This document shows positions 16,694-23,942 of a stretch of 31,084 bases of DNA, one piece after another. The position numbers and the translations under genes are program-made. The stretch is taken from IMG/VR virus record IMGVR_UViG_3300006916_000210, positions 1 through 31,084 of that record, one strand, 5' to 3'. The stretch comes from a virus. Its lineage: Duplodnaviria; Caudoviricetes. The notes beneath the pieces are model-generated. The model was not told the DNA's origin. It saw only the letters and a list, made by a program, of their open reading frames with translations, and did no database searches. How positions within the stretch are numbered: position 1 is the stretch's first letter; every line of letters starts with the position of its first letter.

Positions 16694-17053
16694 ATGGCAA
16701 GTAACGTACCTTACGAGGTAATCTGTGCGCAAACAGGCGCACAACTCACGGAGTGGAGTCAAATGGCTGTCACTCATGGCTATTCAGCAACTCAAGGTAA
16801 AAGTAGACCTTACTTTTTACATCTTGATAAAACTGATACAGAAGTTGCAGAGCAACTACGTATCATTGCTGACGCACAATCAAAACTGTGGGAATTGCAT
16901 GACGCAAGTCCTACATCTCTTAAAGGTAAAGAGAATGCAGAAAAACAATTAGCTATGGCTAATGTTTCTGCATCATATGATAATAGTGAAATACTTGATG
17001 AACTAGACGCTATCGAAAACGATGGCGATTATGACGGTAACGTTGTAGAATAG
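16694..17053 (+). CDS. Hypothetical early protein with acidic tail
   Basis: AGAAAGGA RBS; 119 aa. Confidence 0.75.
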   Translation: MASNVPYEVICAQTGAQLTEWSQMAVTHGYSATQGKSRPYFLHLDKTDTEVAEQLRIIADAQSKLWELHDASPTSLKGKENAEKQLAMANVSASYDNSEILDELDAIENDGDYDGNVVE

Positions 17054-17062
17054 TTTAATACT

Positions 17063-17100
17063 TATATATTACGTTCGTTTACGGGCGAACGTAATATATA
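17063..17100. repeat. Perfect 15-bp inverted repeat
   Basis: TATATATTACGTTCG / CGAACGTAATATATA with an 8-nt spacer; no U-tract on either strand. Confidence 0.9.
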
Positions 17101-17117
17101 TAAAGCGAAAGGAAACT

Positions 17118-17315
17118 ATGAATATTACATTAGATAATAAACTCAATACGCTTAATGTAGATGAGTTAAGACAAGTTATTCAGTGGACACTTAATGACTT
17201 ACAAGCTTGGAGTAACAATGACCGTGTCAAAAATGACATAGGCAATCATTGTGCAATGCTTCATGAGGCAGTAAGTTATCAAATAAGCAAAGCTGTTGAT
17301 AAGAAAAATAATTAA
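17118..17315 (+). CDS. Hypothetical early protein (65 aa)
   Basis: GAAAGGAA RBS; coupled to the next ORF. Confidence 0.75.
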   Translation: MNITLDNKLNTLNVDELRQVIQWTLNDLQAWSNNDRVKNDIGNHCAMLHEAVSYQISKAVDKKNN

Positions 17316-17434
17316 TGGGTGGTTGGTTACTATGCGAAGGTTGTGGACGTTATGCACATACACATAATGGTGGTGGCGAAATTAATAACAAACACTATTG
17401 CGAACCATGCTATCCAGAATATATAGAAAGGTAA
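17315..17434 (+). CDS. Small Zn-finger protein (39 aa), not in the ORF track
   Basis: MGGWLLCEGCGR...YCEPCYPEYIER; CxxC...CxxC; TAATG overlap. Confidence 0.7.
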   Translation: MGGWLLCEGCGRYAHTHNGGGEINNKHYCEPCYPEYIER

Positions 17435-17436
17435 TA

Positions 17437-17607
17437 ATGACAAGTAAATTAGATGATATAGAAATAAAATTAAATGATATAGTTTTAATACTTGAAGGTA
17501 TTAAAAACACCATGCAAAACATGGGTGAGCTTGATAAAGCTATTGTAGGCAAGCTTATGGATTTAGATTCAGTTATCAGTAACGTATACGATACAGATAC
17601 ATTATGA
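17437..17607 (+). CDS. Small coiled-coil protein (56 aa; start revised from 17398)
   Basis: AGAAAGG RBS precedes ATG 17437; ATGA overlap with the next gene. Confidence 0.7.
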   Translation: MTSKLDDIEIKLNDIVLILEGIKNTMQNMGELDKAIVGKLMDLDSVISNVYDTDTL

Positions 17608-17837
17608 AAGAACATGATGTATATGTATTTGAAAATCAAGATTATAGACAAAAAGATAATATCTTAACTGTTGATTTTCATTTCGGATATGATACTGACG
17701 TAGATGACGCTGTTGCACAAATAGACGCAATGGTTCGTCTTATAGACAATGACGGTGACATAGAGTTTACCGTACATAGACCAAGCATATATTGTAAGTC
17801 TATGTTAGATGTAATTGGACCAGATGATTATGCCTGA
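17604..17837 (+). CDS. Small highly acidic protein (77 aa)
   Basis: 18 D/E versus 6 K/R; coupled on both sides. Confidence 0.7.
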   Translation: MKEHDVYVFENQDYRQKDNILTVDFHFGYDTDVDDAVAQIDAMVRLIDNDGDIEFTVHRPSIYCKSMLDVIGPDDYA

Positions 17838-17982
17838 TTCATTTACATGTTGGTTATGTAACAAAGTCATACACAATGAATATACTAATAATGCAGAACC
17901 TGTATCTATTGGTGTTTGTTGTGCAAAATGCAATATTAAAGTTGTCATTCCTGCCCGAATGCGACAACTTTATAAAACCTAG
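17830..17982 (+). CDS. Small Cys-rich phage protein (50 aa), not in the ORF track
   Basis: CWLC...NNAEPV..GVCCAKCN..VVIPAR, a pattern common in small phage proteins. Confidence 0.75.
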   Translation: MPDSFTCWLCNKVIHNEYTNNAEPVSIGVCCAKCNIKVVIPARMRQLYKT

Positions 17983-18145
17983 ACCATGTGTCCAAGCTGG
18001 CTGTTTAGTTCCCCTTTACAGCCAGCGTCTAGGTTGTTACACGTACGTAGCTTGTAGCACATAAAAGGTGAGCTAAGTAAAAAACACCACCCTGTATTGG
18101 GAGTTAGCACACATTGGACAACACCTTCGTGTGTGTTACAAGCTA
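17976..18145 (+). ncRNA. Structured RNA A (two domains, C-rich loop, possible pseudoknot)
   Basis: Helices 17976-84/18027-35, 17996-18004/18018-26, 18048-63/18130-45 (two G-U) and 18065-70/18122-27; long-range 17989-95/18114-20. Confidence 0.6.
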
Positions 18146-18182
18146 TCTATAAAATACATAATGCCCTGTGTAAGATAGCATT

Positions 18183-18247
18183 GAGTATGGAAGGAGTGTT
18201 ATATGCATTCCTTCCGTTACTCTTTGTCGCAGAGCAACGAAAGGAAT
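18183..18247 (+). promoter_or_regulatory. Mutually exclusive hairpins around the RBS of ORF 18251
   Basis: The 18205-18223 segment can pair upstream with 18183-18199 or downstream with the RBS region 18231-18247. Confidence 0.5.
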
Positions 18248-18250
18248 ATT

Positions 18251-18715
18251 ATGCATGGACATTTAATTGAGATTAAAAATAAACCATTAAAAAAGTATCA
18301 AGTACAAATATCATATTTCAGACAACAAGTGTTTGATAAAATAGATGATAATAAAAAACTAGATATAGAAAATGGTATAGCTAATCGATATGAAGTAGAG
18401 GCTAGTTCATTAGAACAAGCTATTGCTAGAGCTATTAAAATTGACACTGTTGTTAAAGCAGAAACAATGGCACGTTATCCAGGTATTTTACCTGATGAAG
18501 ACGAATTTGATAAAGATACAGTACTTAAATTTGCTGAATTTCTTGATGATAAGGGTTTGTTTCAGGACTGGATATTGTTAGAGCCAACAGCTATACAAGC
18601 TAGTTTAATCGATGACGAAGATGAACTTAATACGCTTACAGAAAATGCTGTTATGGAACATAGCAGTAACATGAGTGACGAAATAGAAGATTTTCTTAGA
18701 GATACTAAGGAATAA
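18251..18715 (+). CDS. Acidic protein (154 aa; start revised from 18203), first gene of the AAA+/VWA operon
   Basis: GAAAGGAA RBS at 18239-46 precedes ATG 18251; D/E-rich C-terminal half. Confidence 0.7.
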   Translation: MHGHLIEIKNKPLKKYQVQISYFRQQVFDKIDDNKKLDIENGIANRYEVEASSLEQAIARAIKIDTVVKAETMARYPGILPDEDEFDKDTVLKFAEFLDDKGLFQDWILLEPTAIQASLIDDEDELNTLTENAVMEHSSNMSDEIEDFLRDTKE

Positions 18716-18739
18716 ATACAGATACGAAAGGAGCTAATC

Positions 18740-19465
18740 ATGGCAAACGATTGCTGGGAATTAGTAGAATCTGTATTGGGCAATAGCCGTAGAGTATTAC
18801 TTTATGGCCCACCTGGTACAGGTAAGACATACAGTGCTGTTAAAACTAATACGCCTAAAGCGTATAGTAAATCAGCAGGAAAAGAAATAGATAATATCTA
18901 TCAAATAACTATGACAGAAGATACTGCTAGTGCAAACTTAGAAGGTTTTTACAAACCATCTAGCACAGGTACTTTTGAATGGCATGACGGTATTGCAATA
19001 CAATCATGGAAAAATGGTGGTCGCCTTGTAATTAATGAGATAGACCATGCGTCACCAGACGCAATGACGTTTCTACATGCTATTTTAGACGACCAAGAAA
19101 TAGCAATGTTGACATTAAATAACGATACAAAAGAAACAGTTAGACCAGCTGATGGCTTTCAAGTTATAGCTACAACTAACAGTCCACCAGAGTCATTACC
19201 TTTGGCTTTGAAAGACAGATTTCCTGTAAAAATATATGTTGACAGTATACACCCTAAAGCAATGGAACAGTTTCCAGATGAGTGGCACGGTGTAATTAAT
19301 GATACAACATTAGTAGAAGATGATGAAGAACGTATTTCAGTACGTGCATGGACAGAGTTCTTTAACTTACAAGCTAATGGCTTTAATCCAGAACAAGCAG
19401 CTAAATTAGTCTTTGCAGACAAAGCAGAAGAATTAATAGATGCTGTTACGTTAGCACGTGCTTAA
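18740..19465 (+). CDS. AAA+ ATPase of the MoxR/CbbQ/CobS-like group
   Basis: Walker A GPPGTGKT, Walker B variant LVINEID, sensor-1 ATTN, Arg finger ALKDRF, sensor-2 ISVR. Confidence 0.88.
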   Translation: MANDCWELVESVLGNSRRVLLYGPPGTGKTYSAVKTNTPKAYSKSAGKEIDNIYQITMTEDTASANLEGFYKPSSTGTFEWHDGIAIQSWKNGGRLVINEIDHASPDAMTFLHAILDDQEIAMLTLNNDTKETVRPADGFQVIATTNSPPESLPLALKDRFPVKIYVDSIHPKAMEQFPDEWHGVINDTTLVEDDEERISVRAWTEFFNLQANGFNPEQAAKLVFADKAEELIDAVTLARA

Positions 19466-20885
19466 TAGTAAAGCTTATCCATATCCAGAAATTGTTACTG
19501 GTGAGAAGTGGGAAGTAGTAGGTACTATTAACAACAGTCCCGATGGTTCTACAGATAATCTCAACAGACAAATGACAGTACCTCTCGATAGAGAGTGTAC
19601 AGAATGTGGTATCAATCATAGTCGTATGATACGTAGACACGAACTTGGTCATGCCAAGTGGAGTCCAAAGACTATGGGTAAGCTAAAACCAGGTGTACGT
19701 GCAGAGGCTGTTCATGTACTAGAAGAAGTTAGAGTTAATCATCTTCTATATGAAAACAAGCTTGCATTATCTGAACCATCAAAGTGTTTAGATGTAATAC
19801 AACAAGAAACTATGAAATTAGTTTACGAATCAGGTATTGCAGAGATAATACTTATGGGTTTAGCTAGTAAATGGAAAGTACCAGATATTGATACTAACCG
19901 TAGATATGCTAGTTATAAATACAATGATGAATGGGTTGTAATGTCAGCTTGTTTCAACATGATAAGAAATGATGATACAGTTACTGATTATCGTAAACAA
20001 CAGATTATATATGCAGAAAGAATTATTGCTAGATTTTTTCAAAGTATTACTAATCATGGTTATGGTCAAACTATTAGTTATCGTAAAGTACAAAAGTATG
20101 CAGAACCATTGAGTGCAATACTTGACATGTTCAGAGATGCACCTACACAAGATGAAGTATACAAACCTAAACCAAAATCACATACCGCACCTGGTATTGA
20201 TGAGAGTGAAGGGAATGCTGAAGAATCTAATGAGTTAGGTGGTGGTTCTTTAGAACAACGTACAAGAGACGACCTAGCAGAGTTATTGTATAGAAGTACT
20301 CAAGGTACAGGTAGATGGGGTGAAATGTTTACGCATCAACCACCATTATCTGTTAATTTACAAAGTAGACTTAAAAACGGTAGGTCGTATAGACCAGCTG
20401 ACTTTGGTTACAATCCAAAATACATTAACAGATACTGTATAGATAAGAAAATATTCAAACAAAAAATGACTGCACTTGGTGGCACAATACTTATTGATGC
20501 ATCAGGTTCTATGTCATTTAATGGTGAAGATATTTTAGAAGTTATGCAGCAATTACCTGCTGTTACTATTGCTATGTACAATGGTACAGGTGACACAGGT
20601 GATTTACGTATCATTGCTAAAAATGGTAAACGTGTAACTGAAAAGTATTTAGATAACCATTCAGGTTACGGTAATGTTGTAGATGGTCCTGCTTTAGAAT
20701 GGCTAGGAACACAACCAGCTAGAAGAATATGGGTATCAGACATGCATGTGTTTGGTGCGCATGGTGATACTGCTGGTTTTAATCTAATGGCTGATGTAAA
20801 TAAAATCGTTAGAAAATACAATATTATTAACCTTAAGAACATAGAAGAAGTAAAGGAACATGCATTAAAACTGAATGTAGTATAG
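19458..20885 (+). CDS. HExxH metallopeptidase-like plus VWA (MIDAS) protein, partner of the AAA+ ATPase
   Basis: HELGH with downstream EEVRVN; acidic linker; ILIDASGSM (DxSxS) and WVSD. Confidence 0.82.
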   Translation: MLNSKAYPYPEIVTGEKWEVVGTINNSPDGSTDNLNRQMTVPLDRECTECGINHSRMIRRHELGHAKWSPKTMGKLKPGVRAEAVHVLEEVRVNHLLYENKLALSEPSKCLDVIQQETMKLVYESGIAEIILMGLASKWKVPDIDTNRRYASYKYNDEWVVMSACFNMIRNDDTVTDYRKQQIIYAERIIARFFQSITNHGYGQTISYRKVQKYAEPLSAILDMFRDAPTQDEVYKPKPKSHTAPGIDESEGNAEESNELGGGSLEQRTRDDLAELLYRSTQGTGRWGEMFTHQPPLSVNLQSRLKNGRSYRPADFGYNPKYINRYCIDKKIFKQKMTALGGTILIDASGSMSFNGEDILEVMQQLPAVTIAMYNGTGDTGDLRIIAKNGKRVTEKYLDNHSGYGNVVDGPALEWLGTQPARRIWVSDMHVFGAHGDTAGFNLMADVNKIVRKYNIINLKNIEEVKEHALKLNVV

Positions 20886-20892
20886 TTAAGGA

Positions 20893-21125
20893 GTAATGTA
20901 ACACGCAAGTGTGGCAAAGTTCCTTTCCTTTGCTTAAGCATTACACCGATAATTAGAGTGGAATAGAGTGCAAAGAGAACTTGCAACAAGGTATTTTATT
21001 CATCATGTCAACAGTGACCTATAGTGAACACCACTCTGATTATTTACGCCCGCGTGCTTCACCTCAACACTTCGCGTACACTAGGGTGTCCGACTCGTGT
21101 TTCCGTTTAGCTCGCTAAGCCTAAA
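20893..21125 (+). ncRNA. Structured RNA B with an anti-RBS loop
   Basis: TATAGT box at 20881-86; helix 20893-99/20938-44; ACAC-GCAA-GTGT tetraloop hairpin; 20914-19/20928-33 with loop TTCCTTTC; 13-bp helix 20949-61/21031-43. Confidence 0.62.
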
Positions 21126-21137
21126 TAAATTAAATCC

Positions 21138-21173
21138 TTGTATTTAAAATAAATGAATATATAATGACAAGTA
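21138..21173 (+). promoter_or_regulatory. Promoter for a probable leaderless mRNA
   Basis: TTGTAT, 16-nt spacer, TATAAT (21160-65), then 7 nt to ATG 21173; no SD sequence. Confidence 0.65.
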
Positions 21174-21406
21174 TGAAAGATATAGATAAACTTCTGAAAG
21201 AAGCTGAACATGGTAAGACAAGTTCAGTAGCTGACAGAATAACAGATGAAGCAATGCCATTCTGGCAAGGATGTATAGAACGATTAACTTCTGGACATAA
21301 CATAAAACCATATGTTGTACACAGATTGTTAAGAGAAGAATATGGTATTAAAATATCAGAATCAGCTATACGTAATCACTTTATGAAAGTAGTAAACAAT
21401 GAGTAA
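21173..21406 (+). CDS. HTH-like DNA-binding protein (start revised from 21164)
   Basis: PYVVHRLLREEYGIKISESAIRNHF; coupled to the phosphoesterase gene. Confidence 0.65.
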   Translation: MKDIDKLLKEAEHGKTSSVADRITDEAMPFWQGCIERLTSGHNIKPYVVHRLLREEYGIKISESAIRNHFMKVVNNE

Positions 21407-22454
21407 AGACGTTGATAAACTAATAGCAGAAGCTGAATCACTGAAAATTCAGGAACTAAAATCTGATAATCTTAAGTTACTTAAGCAATTAGATAAAGCT
21501 AAAAATAAAAAAGCTGATTTAATTGAGGCTATGTATGATGCTGTGCGAATGAATGTATCTACATGGGCTAAACCTAATGTTCCTAAACCAACATTAAGTA
21601 AAGCTAATAAGAATGAAGAAATTGCAGTAGCTATATTATCAGATATACAGTTAGCTAAAATAACACCAGATTATAACACAGCAATAGCAGAGAAAAGAGT
21701 TGTTGCATATGCACATAAGATAGTAGAACTAGCTAATCTTCAAAGAAATGCACACCCTGTTAACAAATGCGCAGTATTAGTTGCAGGTGACATTGTAGAA
21801 GGAGAGCTTATATTCCCAGGACAATCACACTTGATAGACGCAAGTCTGTATAGTCAAGTTACAATTGATGGCCCTAGAATATTGACACAGTTCTTTGACG
21901 TACTGTTAGCTAACTTTAAAGAAGTAGAAGTTACATGGGTTATAGGTAATCACGGAAGCCTTGGTGGTCGTGCAAGAAAAGACTATCACCCAGACAGCAA
22001 CAGTGACCGTATGCTAGGAAAGATAATGTCAATGATATATGATAAAGATAAAAGAATTTCTTTTCATGTACCAGACAGTACAACAGAAGACCATTGGTTT
22101 GGTATAGCAGACCTTGGTAAAGACTGTAAATTCTTTGTATGGCATGGAGATAATGTACGAGGACATAGTGGTTTTCCTTGGTATGGTTTTGGTAAAAAAC
22201 TATTAGGTTGGAAAGCATTGGCATCAAGAAATCTTATGCCTGACTTTGACTATGCAATAGCTGGACACTTCCATACACCTACAACAATGTATGTTAATGA
22301 TGTACGTTTATGGGTTAATGGAAGCACAGAAAGCTACAATAGTTACGCTATGGAGCAGCTAGCAAGCATGGGTAGACCATGTCAATGGCTATTATTCTGT
22401 AAACCAGGACACGGAGTAACTGCTGAATACCTTGTAAAACTGGATAAAGTATAG
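21399..22454 (+). CDS. Calcineurin-like metallophosphoesterase with N-terminal coiled coil
   Basis: SDIQ, GDIVEG, GNHG, HGD and GHFH motifs. Confidence 0.88.
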   Translation: MSKDVDKLIAEAESLKIQELKSDNLKLLKQLDKAKNKKADLIEAMYDAVRMNVSTWAKPNVPKPTLSKANKNEEIAVAILSDIQLAKITPDYNTAIAEKRVVAYAHKIVELANLQRNAHPVNKCAVLVAGDIVEGELIFPGQSHLIDASLYSQVTIDGPRILTQFFDVLLANFKEVEVTWVIGNHGSLGGRARKDYHPDSNSDRMLGKIMSMIYDKDKRISFHVPDSTTEDHWFGIADLGKDCKFFVWHGDNVRGHSGFPWYGFGKKLLGWKALASRNLMPDFDYAIAGHFHTPTTMYVNDVRLWVNGSTESYNSYAMEQLASMGRPCQWLLFCKPGHGVTAEYLVKLDKV

Positions 22455-22470
22455 GTATACTACATATAGT

Positions 22471-22626
22471 ATGTCAAATACAATAAATGAGTCTGTTAAG
22501 AGAGTCTCTATTGAGTACGCAGGGTATGGTTCACAGCCATATTTTGTAGTTAATACTGATAATGGTATTAAATTTATTCCAATAGAACATGGAGTGACTA
22601 GACTTACAGACATAGTAAATAAATAA
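22471..22626 (+). CDS. Small hypothetical protein (51 aa), not in the ORF track
   Basis: MSNTINESVKRVSIEYAGYG...DIVNK; preceded by TTGTAA-N18-TATACT. Confidence 0.6.
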   Translation: MSNTINESVKRVSIEYAGYGSQPYFVVNTDNGIKFIPIEHGVTRLTDIVNK

Positions 22627-22627
22627 C

Positions 22628-22669
22628 TTTATTTATTAGCCGTTTTTTCGGAACGGCATAATAAATAAA
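22628..22669. repeat. Imperfect inverted repeat before the sak RBS
   Basis: TTTATTTATT..GCCGTT / AACGGC..AATAAATAAA. Confidence 0.75.
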
Positions 22670-22685
22670 CAAAGAAAGGAATGTT

Positions 22686-23237
22686 ATGACTAATAACAAC
22701 AAACTGTTGTCCCCATTTCCACAGGAGCTAGTTAAAAAAGCACCTGCTGGTAAGTTCGGGGATTACGTACCACACGCTAACTATGTAGAAAGACTACGTG
22801 ATAGTGGTGTTACATACTCTTGGTCATGTGAACCTGTATATGGTACACATAACGGAGAGAAAAGAATTGTCGGAGCTAAAGGTACTATAACCATAGAAGG
22901 TATGGGTAGTTACGATGGCTTTGGTGATGTTGATACCTTCAAGCTTGGCAATGCTAAGTTTAATGACGGTAACAACCTTAAAGACGCAGAATCAGACGCG
23001 TTCAAGCGTGCATGTATGAGGTTCGGTCTAGGTGTAGAGCTATGGTCAGGTAGTAAACAGACTGAAGAAGAAGCTACATCTATTGCACCTGATGGTTATA
23101 CGCAGGAACAAGCAGACAAAGATGCTATGGTAGAAGTTACCAAAGTAGATATGCGTTTGAAAGAAAACAAGATGTCTAAAGAAGACAAAGCTGCAGCAGC
23201 AGCAATTATGGACAGTATCTTAGGTACTGAGTCATGA
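22686..23237 (+). CDS. sak: Rad52/Rad22-family single-strand annealing protein (Sak-like)
   Basis: PFP...YVPHANYVERL...KDAESDAFKRACMRFGLGVELW. Confidence 0.85.
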   Translation: MTNNNKLLSPFPQELVKKAPAGKFGDYVPHANYVERLRDSGVTYSWSCEPVYGTHNGEKRIVGAKGTITIEGMGSYDGFGDVDTFKLGNAKFNDGNNLKDAESDAFKRACMRFGLGVELWSGSKQTEEEATSIAPDGYTQEQADKDAMVEVTKVDMRLKENKMSKEDKAAAAAIMDSILGTES

Positions 23238-23830
23238 GTCAGGATGTACAATTTATAGCTGAAACAGTACAAAATATTTGTACGAACGTAGAATCACAAG
23301 AAACATTACACAAAATTTTAGGTTCTGCAAATCAATATGTACAGTTAAAGAAGTTTGATGCAGATAAAACAAGATGGACAGATGAACAGCTTGATATGTA
23401 TTTTGCTTATGTAGAAAAATTAGTAAGTATGCCAACAGTAGTTACGCAAGAATCTTTTGATACAATGTCAATAGAAGAAAAGTTAAACGCTGTAGGTTTA
23501 GAAGTACAAGAAGTTACTAATAATGTGCAACCTGCTGGAGATATGTTGGGAGGCATAGTAAATAAAATGGAACAACAAAATAAATACAGAGATGACCTTA
23601 AGTGTCCTTTCTGTCAACAAATGGTATATGACAATAGAAATAATAAAAAGTCAGACAAAAGTCCAGACTTTGTTTGCAGTACTAATGACCCTGTTACCTG
23701 TGGTGGACACAGTGGTAAGTGGCGTAAGTCCTGGTGGGTAGACAACAGTGATATACCTGTAGAGTGGAACTTAGATGGTGAAGTCAAGACAGCACCCAAC
23801 GATGCTGGCGAAGACTTAGCACCATTCTAA
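23234..23830 (+). CDS. Putative ssDNA-binding protein (Zn-ribbon/PDF-like motif, SSB-like tail)
   Basis: CPFC..MVYDNR..KKSDKSPDFVC...WW; ends DAGEDLAPF. Confidence 0.6.
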   Translation: MSQDVQFIAETVQNICTNVESQETLHKILGSANQYVQLKKFDADKTRWTDEQLDMYFAYVEKLVSMPTVVTQESFDTMSIEEKLNAVGLEVQEVTNNVQPAGDMLGGIVNKMEQQNKYRDDLKCPFCQQMVYDNRNNKKSDKSPDFVCSTNDPVTCGGHSGKWRKSWWVDNSDIPVEWNLDGEVKTAPNDAGEDLAPF

Positions 23831-23931
23831 TGAATAGATTAGAGCGCAGGGCTGCTAAATCAAAAAAGAAAAGAAGATATCAAGGACTTAGTAAGAAACA
23901 AATCTTACGTCCTGATGTTATTGATAGATAG
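23830..23931 (+). CDS. Small basic peptide (33 aa), not in the ORF track
   Basis: MNRLERRAAKSKKKRR...; TAATG overlap; ends at the next RBS. Confidence 0.55.
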   Translation: MNRLERRAAKSKKKRRYQGLSKKQILRPDVIDR

Positions 23932-23942
23932 AAAGGAAAGCT

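Noticed and set aside
17876-18064. Track ORF 17876-18064 and the 18203 start
   Set aside because: The first overlaps the better Cys-rich ORF and RNA A. The SD before 18203 is buried in a hairpin, while 18251 has the phage's usual RBS.
18740-20885. Cobalamin synthesis (cobS/cobT) auxiliary metabolic genes
   Set aside because: Only the generic AAA+/VWA architecture is shared; there is no cobN, and the partner has an HExxH domain.
20893-21125. tRNA or tmRNA in the structured gaps
   Set aside because: No cloverleaf, T-loop (GTTCRA) or tag reading frame found.
22628-22669. Intrinsic terminator
   Set aside because: The stem is followed by an A-rich rather than U-rich tract on both strands.
18562-23799. 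Minus-strand ORFs in the early region (18562, 19159, 19446, 19944, 20408, 20666, 21940, 22392, 23253, 23614)
   Set aside because: Antisense to well-supported genes; no motifs.
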